A stretch of DNA of 51,469 nt from a virus. Taxonomy: Duplodnaviria; Caudoviricetes. The position numbers and the translations under genes were made by a program. The DNA is taken from positions 1 to 51,469 of IMG/VR virus record IMGVR_UViG_3300011335_000209. One strand, given 5' to 3'. Under the pieces are notes generated by a model. That model searched no databases and had not been told where the DNA came from. It worked only from the letters and a program-made list of their open reading frames with translations. This document shows positions 1 to 8,622 of the stretch, in pieces (positions within the stretch are counted from its first letter, which is position 1; the number at the start of each line of letters is the position of its first letter).

Positions 1-39
1 TCAAGACGCTTGGGACGGTCATTGCCACGCTGGTGACTG
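1..39. repeat. Terminal direct repeat, copy 1 (circular assembly overlap)
   Basis: tcaagacgcttgggacggtcattgccacgctggtgactg is identical to 51431-51469. Confidence 0.97.
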
Positions 40-220
40 AACCTGCTGACCCTGCATTGCTGGCAAGTAACTTTACGGTTCCTGCGCTATTTTTAAAGTA
101 CAGTTTTTCATCAAGTGTATTGAGTGCCAATTCACCAGCAACTAGGTTTCCGGCAGACGGCGTTGCCGCTGCCGTAGTCGTGTAGTAAAGCGAAATTGGT
201 GTAAAGTTTGTTGCAGCCAT
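1..220 (-). CDS. Tail fibre, 5' part; continues across the junction into 51430..50043 (about 535 aa in total)
   Basis: ATG at 220 with AGGA upstream. MAATNFTPISLYY...GELALNTLDEKLYFKN is an N-terminal fibre-attachment motif (Mtd_N/hyaluronidase-N-like). In frame with ORF 50043..51458. Confidence 0.85.
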   Translation of the reverse strand, partial: MAATNFTPISLYYTTTAAATPSAGNLVAGELALNTLDEKLYFKNSAGTVKLLASNAGSAGSVTSVAMTVPSVL

Positions 221-229
221 AATTTTTCC

Positions 230-2044
230 TTAGAAAGTCCCGCCAGATATGCCACCCGGGACGTAAAGCATCGTGCCGTCAAATGTCAGCGCTGATCCCA
301 TTATCAATTGATTAGATACGTTTTGATAAGCCACACCGCCAGACGTTCCGTTCAGCGCATACAGCTCTGTGATGTCACTGTTAGTGCCTGACTTTGCGGC
401 AACTAGATTTGTCCTTGCATCATTGGCGTTTACTGCCCCTGTGCCGCCATTTGCTACAGCCAAAGTGCCTGCAACCGTCACAGACCCCGTGGTGGTGGTT
501 GATGGTGTCAGACCCGTTGTACCAAACGATATTGCGCTGACGCCAGAGCCAGCGCCTGAGAACTGCGCCCAAGTGATGGCGGTGACATTGATTGTGCCGC
601 CAGCGTTGCTTGTGCAGACCCACCCCGTGTCGGCAAGCGTGGTTCCTGTTTCAATAAAGACGTAAGCGCCGGGGACTTGCGCCCATGTACTCATGTCAGG
701 CGCTCTTGCCCATGCTGTTGCCGACGCAATATAAATACCGTTTTCTGCTGGCGCTGTTTGATCTTTTACCAAAACACGGTCAGTTGCAACGATTGAGATG
801 CCATCAATAGTCTGTGCTCCAGACAATGTGATGTTTGCCGTTGTTCCAGCTACTACTGAGGCTTTGGTATCTAAGCCCTGCGCAACCGTATCAACATACG
901 ACTTGTTTGCAATGTCTGTGGCCCCCGATGGGGTTGTTGAGATTGTTCCTGCCGTCACCACAAGACTTGCAATCGTTCCCAAACTTGTCAGCGATGAGGC
1001 CGTAACCCCAGATGCCAGTGTTGCGCCAGACAGGGTTCCTGCGGGCGCAATGACCGCTGCGGTAGTGATGCTGGTAGTCAAACCCTTGGCGTTGATCGTC
1101 ACCACCGGAATAGCGGTGCTCGAGCCTGTAGAGCCTGCCGAGGCGACTGTAGCAAGTGTGGTTGCATTCCCTACCGATGTAACATCGCCCGTCAAGTTGG
1201 CGTTTGTTGTTACAGTTCCAGCAGTTAGACCAGAGGCAGTTCCTGTGATGTTTGTTCCAACCAAGGCGCTTGGTGTGCCGAGGTTGGGAGTAACCAGAGT
1301 GGGGCTGTTGGACAGCACGACATTTGTCGTCCCTGTTGATGTAGTAACCCCAGTGCCTCCGCTGGCCACCGCCAATGTTCCTGCCACGGTAACAATCCCG
1401 GTGGTTGACGTGGCCGGGGTCAGGCCAGTCGAACCGAAAGAGATGGAGCTTACGCCTGCCCCGCTGACAATTGAGCCCCATGCGCCGTTGGCGTAGCCTT
1501 CAAAACTGGCTGTTGTTACGTTGTAACGCAAATTGCCATCAGCGGCTGTACCACGTTGACCTGTTGTACCAGATGGGAGGATGACGCCGCCACTACCTGG
1601 CAAAACTGGATTATTGGCTATGGCTACAGTCGGCCCTGCTGAAATTGCAATCTGATTAACAGTGCCCGTGACCGATGGAACGGCAGCCGGAATGGTTGTG
1701 GCTGTAGACAATCGACCGTTTGTATCAACTGTAAAAACCGGAATGTTGGTGGCGTTACCATAAACGCCAGGGGTTACACCTGTTGCATCTAGTTGAGTGC
1801 CGCCAATCCCAGCAACCGCAACACTGAGAGTCACATTACTAGAAAGCGCACCACCGCCGGTCAGACCAGTACCGGCAATAACTTGCCTGGTTATGGGAAC
1901 TCCTGCTACTGTTAGCAAATCACCGACACGAATCTTGTAGTTGTTGCCCTGGTAGACAATCATCATCAAGCTGTTGTCATCAGCCACAGGGGCTGTTGGA
2001 AGCTGCGTGATGCGCGTTGGGATAAGGTTGCTAGGCACTGACAT
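230..2044 (-). CDS. Tail fibre / virion structural protein, Gly/Thr/Ser-rich
   Basis: 604 aa; fibre-type motifs (LRYNVTTASFEGY, DIANKSYVD, DRVLVKDQTAPAENGIY), repeated LAVAxGGTG, ends GGTF. Confidence 0.8.
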   Translation of the reverse strand: MSVPSNLIPTRITQLPTAPVADDNSLMMIVYQGNNYKIRVGDLLTVAGVPITRQVIAGTGLTGGGALSSNVTLSVAVAGIGGTQLDATGVTPGVYGNATNIPVFTVDTNGRLSTATTIPAAVPSVTGTVNQIAISAGPTVAIANNPVLPGSGGVILPSGTTGQRGTAADGNLRYNVTTASFEGYANGAWGSIVSGAGVSSISFGSTGLTPATSTTGIVTVAGTLAVASGGTGVTTSTGTTNVVLSNSPTLVTPNLGTPSALVGTNITGTASGLTAGTVTTNANLTGDVTSVGNATTLATVASAGSTGSSTAIPVVTINAKGLTTSITTAAVIAPAGTLSGATLASGVTASSLTSLGTIASLVVTAGTISTTPSGATDIANKSYVDTVAQGLDTKASVVAGTTANITLSGAQTIDGISIVATDRVLVKDQTAPAENGIYIASATAWARAPDMSTWAQVPGAYVFIETGTTLADTGWVCTSNAGGTINVTAITWAQFSGAGSGVSAISFGTTGLTPSTTTTGSVTVAGTLAVANGGTGAVNANDARTNLVAAKSGTNSDITELYALNGTSGGVAYQNVSNQLIMGSALTFDGTMLYVPGGISGGTF

Positions 2045-2344
2045 TTAAATCTCCAAGTACTCGTCACCGTCTTCGGTGACGATGAACAAGTCACCTGCTT
2101 CCTGTATCAATCCTGCGGGATGAGTATTGATAGAGGTGTCGGGGCGGGTGAAAGGCAGCACAATCTGGTCAGGTGCGCGAGGTGCAAGTCGATACGGGTC
2201 ATAGTCATCTAGGTCTTCTTTGCAGACCATAAGCCCTGGCGAATTTGGGTCTGGCGATAATTCTGCAAGCAAGAACTTGCGCGAGCAGCGCCCACAAATT
2301 GCAATCCCATAGGTAGCTTGGCCAGTAACGTCAAGGTACATCAT
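2045..2344 (-). CDS. Conserved phage protein with Cys motif (virion module)
   Basis: 99 aa; ICGRC...GLMVC; abuts or overlaps both neighbouring genes. Confidence 0.65.
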   Translation of the reverse strand: MMYLDVTGQATYGIAICGRCSRKFLLAELSPDPNSPGLMVCKEDLDDYDPYRLAPRAPDQIVLPFTRPDTSINTHPAGLIQEAGDLFIVTEDGDEYLEI

Positions 2345-3321
2345 CGAGTGTATGCACCAATGGCGGGCTGGATGAAAATTGGCGAGCCATCATTGTCGCC
2401 ATCCCAGGCGGTTTGACGAGACGCCATGTATTTCTGCTCAAGGATTGGAATCAAGTTGATGTCCACTTGAGCCGTTTCTGCAGCCATCTTGGCAGCTAGC
2501 CCGTTCACAATGGCTTCAAGCCAGCGCTGCGGCACCTCAACGTCTTGCTGTAAGTTTTCGGTGTCCATGATGTGGCGATGCCGCCAAACAATGAGTTGGG
2601 CTTGCTCAGCGCCAGCAAATGGTGCTGGCCATACATGCATCACAGGCTCTGGAATGTCCCGTTGAAACCAGTAGCTATTGGGCCGACCAGGGAAGACTTT
2701 GTTTGACTGAGCAACATAAGTATCCCGATTTAGCACGCCAAAAGGTATTTCCTGCGGCATGTTGCCTAGCGTAATCGTTGTATAGAGGATGGTGCTAGCC
2801 GAGGTGATCCTGAAGTACTGGTACGCAAGAGCTCCTGAGATGTCTGTCCAAACAATCTCACCAGCAACAGCGGCCACAGATGAGGTACCGACTGTGACCC
2901 AGGTTGTGCCATTTGTTGAGACTTGGAATGTGACAGTGACTGAGGTGCCTGACCATTCAATGCCAATTGTGTCCACTACCGTGGCTGAGCCGAAATCTAC
3001 TGTGTACGAAGTGCTGGTTGTTGTTTCAGTGCCAGTTACCGCTTGAATGACTCGGTAGTTGGCATTGAGCACCTCTACCGTGCCGACAGGGAGAGGGATA
3101 ATCTCCTGGTTTTCATAAAAGGGTAAGATGAGTTTCTCAATACACCAACTCGGAGCCTTGATGTTTGCCATGTCTGACAACTGCAAGTGGAGAGACTCTA
3201 GTGCATAAGCCTGCATTTCGGCGCTAATCGCTTGCGCAGGCAAACGGCAACGCCTAAAGGCATGGTCAACTACCTTTAGTGCATTGAATGTTGTGCCGCT
3301 CACATTGCCAGAAAACGCCAT
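2341..3321 (-). CDS. Putative head-tail adaptor / tail tubular-A-like protein with a beta-rich insertion
   Basis: 326 aa; AFRRC...GRPNSYWFQR...VWPAP...PQRWLEAIVNGLAAKMA pattern; downstream of capsid genes. Confidence 0.55.
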   Translation of the reverse strand: MAFSGNVSGTTFNALKVVDHAFRRCRLPAQAISAEMQAYALESLHLQLSDMANIKAPSWCIEKLILPFYENQEIIPLPVGTVEVLNANYRVIQAVTGTETTTSTSYTVDFGSATVVDTIGIEWSGTSVTVTFQVSTNGTTWVTVGTSSVAAVAGEIVWTDISGALAYQYFRITSASTILYTTITLGNMPQEIPFGVLNRDTYVAQSNKVFPGRPNSYWFQRDIPEPVMHVWPAPFAGAEQAQLIVWRHRHIMDTENLQQDVEVPQRWLEAIVNGLAAKMAAETAQVDINLIPILEQKYMASRQTAWDGDNDGSPIFIQPAIGAYTR

Positions 3322-3349
3322 GCCAGCTCCGGGTTGGGGTCAAGTGGCC

Positions 3350-3389
3350 GCTGTTTCAGCACGCCCGGAAGACTAAATTATAAACTCAA
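3350..3389 (-). promoter_or_regulatory. Putative promoter (TTGAGTTTATAAT) plus GCTGAAACAGC hairpin
   Basis: TATAAT at 3382-3377 on the minus strand; same layout and spacing recur at 47248-47287. Confidence 0.5.
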
Positions 3390-3390
3390 A

Positions 3391-3774
3391 TCAGCAATTT
3401 GGATTTGCAATGCCGCCTTTTTTCATGGCAGAGTTCTTCATCATCTTGCCATCAGGCATCTTGTGCATACCACCCTTGTTCATGGCAATCATCGGAGCCA
3501 TCGAAGCTACCGGCACTGAGCGGCGAGGTGAGCGCATACTAGACTTTTGCATGATCTCTTCACGCTGCATCCGAGGAGTCTCCTCCTTCTCATGCATCAT
3601 CATGGCCTTGCGGCTTGGGTAGGTTTCCCCTGTAGCCTTTTCCATCACCTTGCCGCCTTTGGCCATCTTGGTCATTGGCTTGCCAGGGTGCAAGGCTTCT
3701 TCATGCGTATGTACAGCTGCGGTAGGTGTAACCTTACCGCCAAAACTAAACTCTTTAACGTAAGTGCAGCCCAT
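3391..3774 (-). CDS. Small basic Met/Lys-rich protein with repeated MxKGG motifs (putative internal head protein)
   Basis: Start moved to MGCTYV (AAGGA RBS); FSFGG, MAKGG, MNKGG, MKKGG. Confidence 0.65.
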   Translation of the reverse strand: MGCTYVKEFSFGGKVTPTAAVHTHEEALHPGKPMTKMAKGGKVMEKATGETYPSRKAMMMHEKEETPRMQREEIMQKSSMRSPRRSVPVASMAPMIAMNKGGMHKMPDGKMMKNSAMKKGGIANPNC

Positions 3775-3785
3775 GGTATGTCCTT

Positions 3786-4196
3786 TTACGCGCTTGCGTA
3801 GGTTTTGATACACTCAATGACGATGGTGTACATGTCACCAGATGATGCGTCAGCGGTAGTGAAGAGTACATCCCCGGTGACTCCTGCACCGCCATTGTTT
3901 TGCAAGCCGCCAAAAGATGAAAAGTCCATCAGGTAGTTTGCATTCGGCTGAATCATCCACGCAAACACGTCAGTAGATGCATCCCAAAGAATGCGCACTT
4001 CCATGCCGTGAGTAGTAGACCAGATTTTGTTGATTTTTACGCCATTGCAAGCCAAATTAAATGCATTTGGATTTAGCGTAGAAACATCAATCTTGGTAAC
4101 GGCAGATTCACCCGTACCGTCAGATATGTTTGTAAACTTGGCGATGAACAGCCGTTCACCGTCAAGTAAAGTTTGTGATGCTACTGCGTCAGCCAT
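3786..4196 (-). CDS. Hypothetical virion protein
   Basis: 136 aa, GGAG RBS, beta-rich, in head operon. Confidence 0.7.
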   Translation of the reverse strand: MADAVASQTLLDGERLFIAKFTNISDGTGESAVTKIDVSTLNPNAFNLACNGVKINKIWSTTHGMEVRILWDASTDVFAWMIQPNANYLMDFSSFGGLQNNGGAGVTGDVLFTTADASSGDMYTIVIECIKTYASA

Positions 4197-4209
4197 GTTG
4201 ATCTCCCGA

Positions 4210-4689
4210 TCAAACAGCAGCGCTGAAGGGTGTAGCTTCTGTGCCGGTGCCGGTTAAGTTGCAATGTACCAAAAACAAACCGCTGGCAATATCTGTGATG
4301 TAGATTGTATCGCCCTTGGTACCACCTTTGGTTGTACCGTTTAAGGTAATGGTGTCAGAAGCAGCCACTGTTTCGAAGCCAACCACCGTATCGCCGGCAT
4401 CTTGTAGCATGATGGCTCGGCCTGCCATTACGTCGGTTGCATTTGCCACTTGGACAACGTAGTTGTTGCTAGTGACCGTGGTTTGCACGGCAAAATTGTA
4501 TTGGTTGCCGCTGCCAGTAGCCGCAGGCAGTGTAACGATTGCCCCAGCAGCTACGTTAAACAGATTCAAGCGCCCAGCATTTGCGGCATTAGTGGCTGTA
4601 GCTGCAGCCGTGATTTGAACAAGTGAGCCGGTGCCAGTGATAAAGCCATTGGTAGACGTTACTGGGCCCGAAAAGGTCGTGGATGCCAT
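4210..4689 (-). CDS. Putative head decoration / fibre protein
   Basis: 159 aa; MASTTFSGPVTSTNGF start, TLPAATGSG motif; directly after the capsid gene. Confidence 0.6.
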   Translation of the reverse strand: MASTTFSGPVTSTNGFITGTGSLVQITAAATATNAANAGRLNLFNVAAGAIVTLPAATGSGNQYNFAVQTTVTSNNYVVQVANATDVMAGRAIMLQDAGDTVVGFETVAASDTITLNGTTKGGTKGDTIYITDIASGLFLVHCNLTGTGTEATPFSAAV

Positions 4690-4695
4690 GATTTT

Positions 4696-4805
4696 TCCTT
4701 ACGTGCAAGTAATGCGTCTGTCTGCATGTCGTCAGCTTGAGGTCTAAGCTGTCAGACGCATTAAAACTACCTCCATAACCCCCAACCTTATGAGTTGAGG
4801 GTTAA
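4696..4805 (-). promoter_or_regulatory. Structured intergenic RNA element between the capsid gene and the next gene
   Basis: 11-bp stem 4710-4720/4753-4763 enclosing a 6-bp stem 4733-4738/4746-4751; second hairpin at about 4776-4804. Confidence 0.5.
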
Positions 4806-4815
4806 AGCCGTAGTC

Positions 4816-5730
4816 TTAGACTCCAGCGGTGCCGTAAACGCCGCGTGGGTCAGTCCAACCCAGCGTGTAACGCTCTGTAGCTTTGTAGCGCATGGAGTCA
4901 GTCTCAAAGTCACCTTCCATGGACTTCTCCAAGCCACGACGCATCAACAACTTCAGGCCATCTGGCGCATCGGTCTGAATCCACCAAGCGGTGGTAGACG
5001 TAATCCGCGACAGATTGCCTTGCCCTTGAGCCAACAGGCCCATGGACTTGACCGGGTTGATGTCGTTGTCAGCCGTGCCGGTGCGCAAGACAGACTTGAG
5101 CAACACTTCGGCCTGGAACACATTGCTGGGTCCAGAAACGATTTTGTTGGGAGTCAGCCGGATACGCTTGCCGTTGTTGTCAACAGCATTGCGGATCTGA
5201 ACCAACATCTGCTCAAGCGATGTTTGCGACAAAGCAGCGGCGGTGCTTAGTTGGTTGCTAAACGTACCACTGACAATCGGGTGTGCCGTTGACACCAAAG
5301 AAACACCGTCACCACCCAGATACGCGCTGTTAAAGGCGCGGTTCAGGATGTTGGCAGCCAAAGTTTCCTTGGTCTCAATTAGCGACTGAGCTAAGTGCTT
5401 GGCGTAAGTCTGACCGATGCGGATGTGGTCACCGTCTTCAACGAGCACCTTGGTCAAAGCAAAGGCAAGGCCATACACTTTGTAAAGGTAACGTTGAATG
5501 AAGAGCACACCACCGCTTTGGTAGGTCACAGCCATGCCGTCAGGCAACTCAGGAGCCGCGCCGAAACCGTACAAGACGGGTTCTTCGTGGTAATTCCGAG
5601 GAATACCTTTTTGCTCACGGAACACCATCTTCCACTCGTCTGCACGCTGCTCGTAAACACCGTCAAACACCTCGTTCATGATGGGCTCAACAACCGACCT
5701 AAAGTCGGTACTTCTCATTGGGGTAGCCAT
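4816..5730 (-). CDS. Major capsid protein (Mu gpT-like, HK97 fold)
   Basis: 304 aa; EEPVLYGFGAAP, YGLAFALTK, DGVSLVSTAHP, RYKATERYTLGWTDPRGVYG. Confidence 0.88.
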   Translation of the reverse strand: MATPMRSTDFRSVVEPIMNEVFDGVYEQRADEWKMVFREQKGIPRNYHEEPVLYGFGAAPELPDGMAVTYQSGGVLFIQRYLYKVYGLAFALTKVLVEDGDHIRIGQTYAKHLAQSLIETKETLAANILNRAFNSAYLGGDGVSLVSTAHPIVSGTFSNQLSTAAALSQTSLEQMLVQIRNAVDNNGKRIRLTPNKIVSGPSNVFQAEVLLKSVLRTGTADNDINPVKSMGLLAQGQGNLSRITSTTAWWIQTDAPDGLKLLMRRGLEKSMEGDFETDSMRYKATERYTLGWTDPRGVYGTAGV

Positions 5731-5743
5731 TTGTTAGCCCTCC

Positions 5744-6343
5744 TTAGATTGAGTTAACAGCAGCTTTGTAGATATGCTCGTTGATGCGAACAATAACTAC
5801 GTTATATGCGTCTGTTATGGAGTCATTGATTTCGCCAGCAAAGCCAGTCAACTGGAATTGACCAGAAGTAGCTTCAATGACGCCGATTTGGGTGTTTGAC
5901 AACCCTGTTGCAGTAGAGCCGCCCGGTGAGGCTACGACCCAATCCATCTGCTCACCAACGGCAGTTTGCATTGTCGTGGTGCCAGGTGTACCCGGATTGG
6001 TGTACTGCGTCTCAAACAACGTCTCCGGGTCGTCGTAAACCCATGCCGTGATATCTGTTGCCGAAGTGCCGGTAGGCCAGTACGCAGATACGGTGGGTTT
6101 ACCCAAAGAATCGGTGTATTGGCAGCCAGCAAAAATGCCAAGCAGCAAAATACCGGCAACAGTACCCGAGCGAGTGCCGTCAGAGGTGCCGAGTTGAACA
6201 ACGCCAGCGTCCACCAGCTTTACAGGGTCGCCCTGAAAGATGTTGGCAGCATAGCCACTTGCAATAACATAGGCTTTAGGCCGAATTTGACCACTGTTGT
6301 GGAAACTAGCCCTAAAACCAAAGGGTGCGCTAGTCGAGGACAT
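5744..6343 (-). CDS. Capsid-associated (cement / decoration-like) protein
   Basis: 199 aa; APFGFR...IASGYAANIFQGDPV...GIFAGCQY...VYDDP; directly upstream of the capsid gene. Confidence 0.6.
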   Translation of the reverse strand: MSSTSAPFGFRASFHNSGQIRPKAYVIASGYAANIFQGDPVKLVDAGVVQLGTSDGTRSGTVAGILLLGIFAGCQYTDSLGKPTVSAYWPTGTSATDITAWVYDDPETLFETQYTNPGTPGTTTMQTAVGEQMDWVVASPGGSTATGLSNTQIGVIEATSGQFQLTGFAGEINDSITDAYNVVIVRINEHIYKAAVNSI

Positions 6344-6373
6344 TAGCTTTCTCCTAAGGGGTTAAAAAGTCTG

Positions 6374-6904
6374 TCAAGCAAGATCAAACTGAGCTTGCCG
6401 CTTTTGTCCCAATTCTGTATTACCGTCGCCCAGCGTCAACTTCGATTTAGATGATCGTGCTTGTTGCTCAAGAAAGTCAGCCGTATCGGTGAGCTTTTCC
6501 TCTTCTCGTAGAGGGGCATCGTGATGGGCTTCGCGCATGTATTTTTCATACAGGCTCATGGGCAACTTAAACGCAAGCATCTCATTGACCCCAATGAATC
6601 CAGCCCAATCACCTGTTTTAAGGGTTGCGTATTCCCAGCCAGGAACATCTTCTGGCTTGATGGGCTGGTAGCCCAAGCGGATACGTGTCTGAATTGAATC
6701 ACGGGGGTTCGTCGTTGTTAGCCAGCAAGGATGCCAGCCGGGCAGCTTTGGTAAGTCAGGTAACGAGGACTGGAAAAACTGTTGACGGAACATTTCAACT
6801 CGCTCATCATCGGACAGTTCACGATTTTCAGTCGCCGTGCGGTCTTGCACAGCGCGTTGCTCGCGATTGTCACCAGCGGATTTCTTTAAGCGTTCGTCGG
6901 ACAT
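6374..6904 (-). CDS. Conserved hypothetical head-module protein
   Basis: 176 aa, AAGGAG RBS; PGWHPCWL...RLGYQP motif. Confidence 0.7.
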   Translation of the reverse strand: MSDERLKKSAGDNREQRAVQDRTATENRELSDDERVEMFRQQFFQSSLPDLPKLPGWHPCWLTTTNPRDSIQTRIRLGYQPIKPEDVPGWEYATLKTGDWAGFIGVNEMLAFKLPMSLYEKYMREAHHDAPLREEEKLTDTADFLEQQARSSKSKLTLGDGNTELGQKRQAQFDLA

Positions 6905-6965
6905 ATTCTCGCTCCTTTCAGCGATTAGTGAGGATTATACCTCAATTTTTAGAAAAATAAAGTTT

Positions 6966-7877
6966 TTATGCTTGATTGCGTTGATTGCGGTCGTATTCAG
7001 CGTAACGGGCAGCGTATTTCTTGCGCAAAATGGGGTCATCCCACACTCCGGCCTCAATCAGCGCTTGTTTTCGCTCTGGATTGATGTAAACCTCGTTCCG
7101 GGTTGAGGTTGGTGCATGTTCTCGGCCAGAACCGACTGCAGGGCCGCCCCGTGCAACCCGTGTTTCAGTCTTAAACCGCTCCGGCAGGCGGCGAGCGGCC
7201 CGACGTTTGAGTTCTGTCCAATACTCGTCAGACTTGGAGTCGTAACCGTCTTTGTTTAGCGATTGATCAATTGCCAGCACAATAGCACTGTCCTCGTCAC
7301 GCCCGTTGATGTCATACCACGGGTTCTCAGCCATAAATTCCCGAGCATGGCTTAGGGTAGCCTCATCAACTTGCTGTTGCGGCTTTGGTTGAACCTGAGT
7401 GGCCTGCGTTTTGATGGCACTGAGTTGATTGAGCTTGGCCAGTGCCTGGTCTCGGTACTTCAACGCCTGCGCTACGTCAGCACCGTTGCTTGACTCAACA
7501 GCTTTAGCGATAACTCGGTCTGACAATTCTGCCTCTTCTTGCGCACGACGGATGTGTGCATCAATGTTTTGCAAGTCAGATTGGTGAGCACGGTACTCCT
7601 GCGCCCCCATGCGACGTTCTAGCTCATCATTGCGCTTGCGCAGGAAGTCTAGTTCCGTTTTGTCGCGAGTGATGGCTTTGTCTTTGCGGTCACGACGCTC
7701 AATCTTCTCTAGCCGACGCCGTTCACGGATTGCTTCTCGCTCAGAGTCAGTGCCACTGTCTTCGTCAGCCTTAATTTGATCATCATTTTCATCATCTTGT
7801 GGTGGTTTGTCTTCCACAATGACAATGTCTTCTAAAGGCTTTTTGTCCTCGTCTTGCTCGTTCAGTGTTTCAGCCAT
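6966..7877 (-). CDS. Putative capsid scaffolding protein
   Basis: 303 aa; acidic N-terminus, long coiled coil, ENPWY motif; between portal and capsid genes. Confidence 0.6.
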   Translation of the reverse strand: MAETLNEQDEDKKPLEDIVIVEDKPPQDDENDDQIKADEDSGTDSEREAIRERRRLEKIERRDRKDKAITRDKTELDFLRKRNDELERRMGAQEYRAHQSDLQNIDAHIRRAQEEAELSDRVIAKAVESSNGADVAQALKYRDQALAKLNQLSAIKTQATQVQPKPQQQVDEATLSHAREFMAENPWYDINGRDEDSAIVLAIDQSLNKDGYDSKSDEYWTELKRRAARRLPERFKTETRVARGGPAVGSGREHAPTSTRNEVYINPERKQALIEAGVWDDPILRKKYAARYAEYDRNQRNQA

Positions 7878-7890
7878 TTTTCATCTCCTT

Positions 7891-8298
7891 TCAGATGAAT
7901 GCACGAATGGACAAGGGATCGACGTTAACTCGTCCGATGATGTCCAAGTCGTTAAAGATTACAAACAGCGCGGATTCGCCATTTGACATGGGAACTTCCC
8001 ACCTATCGCCGCCATACTTGGCAACTCGCACATACTCACCCTCCTCACACCAAGAACCCTCTGGCCAACTGGCCATTGTGTTGCGATTCTTAAATGCCAA
8101 TGGGCCAATTGAGATGACTTTAGCTACCTGAGTGTTCCACTTTTCAGTGTCTCGGGAGCCTACATCTAAAATAATGCCCGAAGCGGTGCGTTGTTTGGGA
8201 CTGCGAATTTGTACCAGAACACGGCTCCCAAAAGGCTGAATGCCGGCTTCTGCAGCCGGAAAAGCCTCTGCCATTGCGTCCTCATAAGTCATTGCCAC
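7891..8298 (-). CDS. groES: Co-chaperonin GroES-like protein
   Basis: PFGSRVLV, TASGIIL mobile loop, AKVISIGP, FNDLDIIG; likely GTG start at 8298 after AGGAG. Confidence 0.8.
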   Translation of the reverse strand: MAMTYEDAMAEAFPAAEAGIQPFGSRVLVQIRSPKQRTASGIILDVGSRDTEKWNTQVAKVISIGPLAFKNRNTMASWPEGSWCEEGEYVRVAKYGGDRWEVPMSNGESALFVIFNDLDIIGRVNVDPLSIRAFI

Positions 8299-8479
8299 TG
8301 TTTTTCTCCTCTTCCAAAATGGTAAAAAGTACATCTAACGCTGCGTCATAACCGGACACGACGCCCACGCGGTAGCCGTACTCAAAGCTGTCGCGGTTTT
8401 GGGGGCGCTTAAGTGATTCAAGCGCAAAACTTACTTGCGCGGCTTTCAGCCGATTTAGCAGAACTGTCTCTATATTCAC
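8282..8479 (-). CDS. Hypothetical protein
   Basis: GTG start overlapping the upstream stop (GTGA); 65 aa, FEYGYRVG. Confidence 0.6.
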   Translation of the reverse strand: MNIETVLLNRLKAAQVSFALESLKRPQNRDSFEYGYRVGVVSGYDAALDVLFTILEEEKNSGNDL

Positions 8480-8607
8480 GCAGGCGTCTTTGGCATTGCG
8501 GGCGGTGCTGGCAAAGTCTGGCCATCGCAAGGCTCTCCAGCTGCTAAACGCTTCCGTTGCGGAATAGCGCCGTTATTCATAGGGACTGCGGGGGTATTGT
8601 TCATCAT
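8476..8607 (-). CDS. Small hypothetical protein (43 aa; not in ORF track)
   Basis: AGGAG RBS; MMNNTPAVPMNNGAIPQRKRLAAGE...; fills the gap after the portal gene. Confidence 0.55.
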   Translation of the reverse strand: MMNNTPAVPMNNGAIPQRKRLAAGEPCDGQTLPAPPAMPKTPA

Positions 8608-8622
8608 GGTTTCTCCTGTGTG

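Noticed and set aside
1-220. Diversity-generating retroelement suggested by the Mtd_N-like motif
   Set aside because: No reverse transcriptase and no adenine-specific TR/VR pair; the 37955/38765 repeat differs at mixed bases and both copies are coding
798-1496. Long plus-strand ORFs opposite the fibre genes (also 50839-51309)
   Set aside because: Antisense shadows of low-complexity Thr/Gly/Ala codons, with no RBS or family motifs
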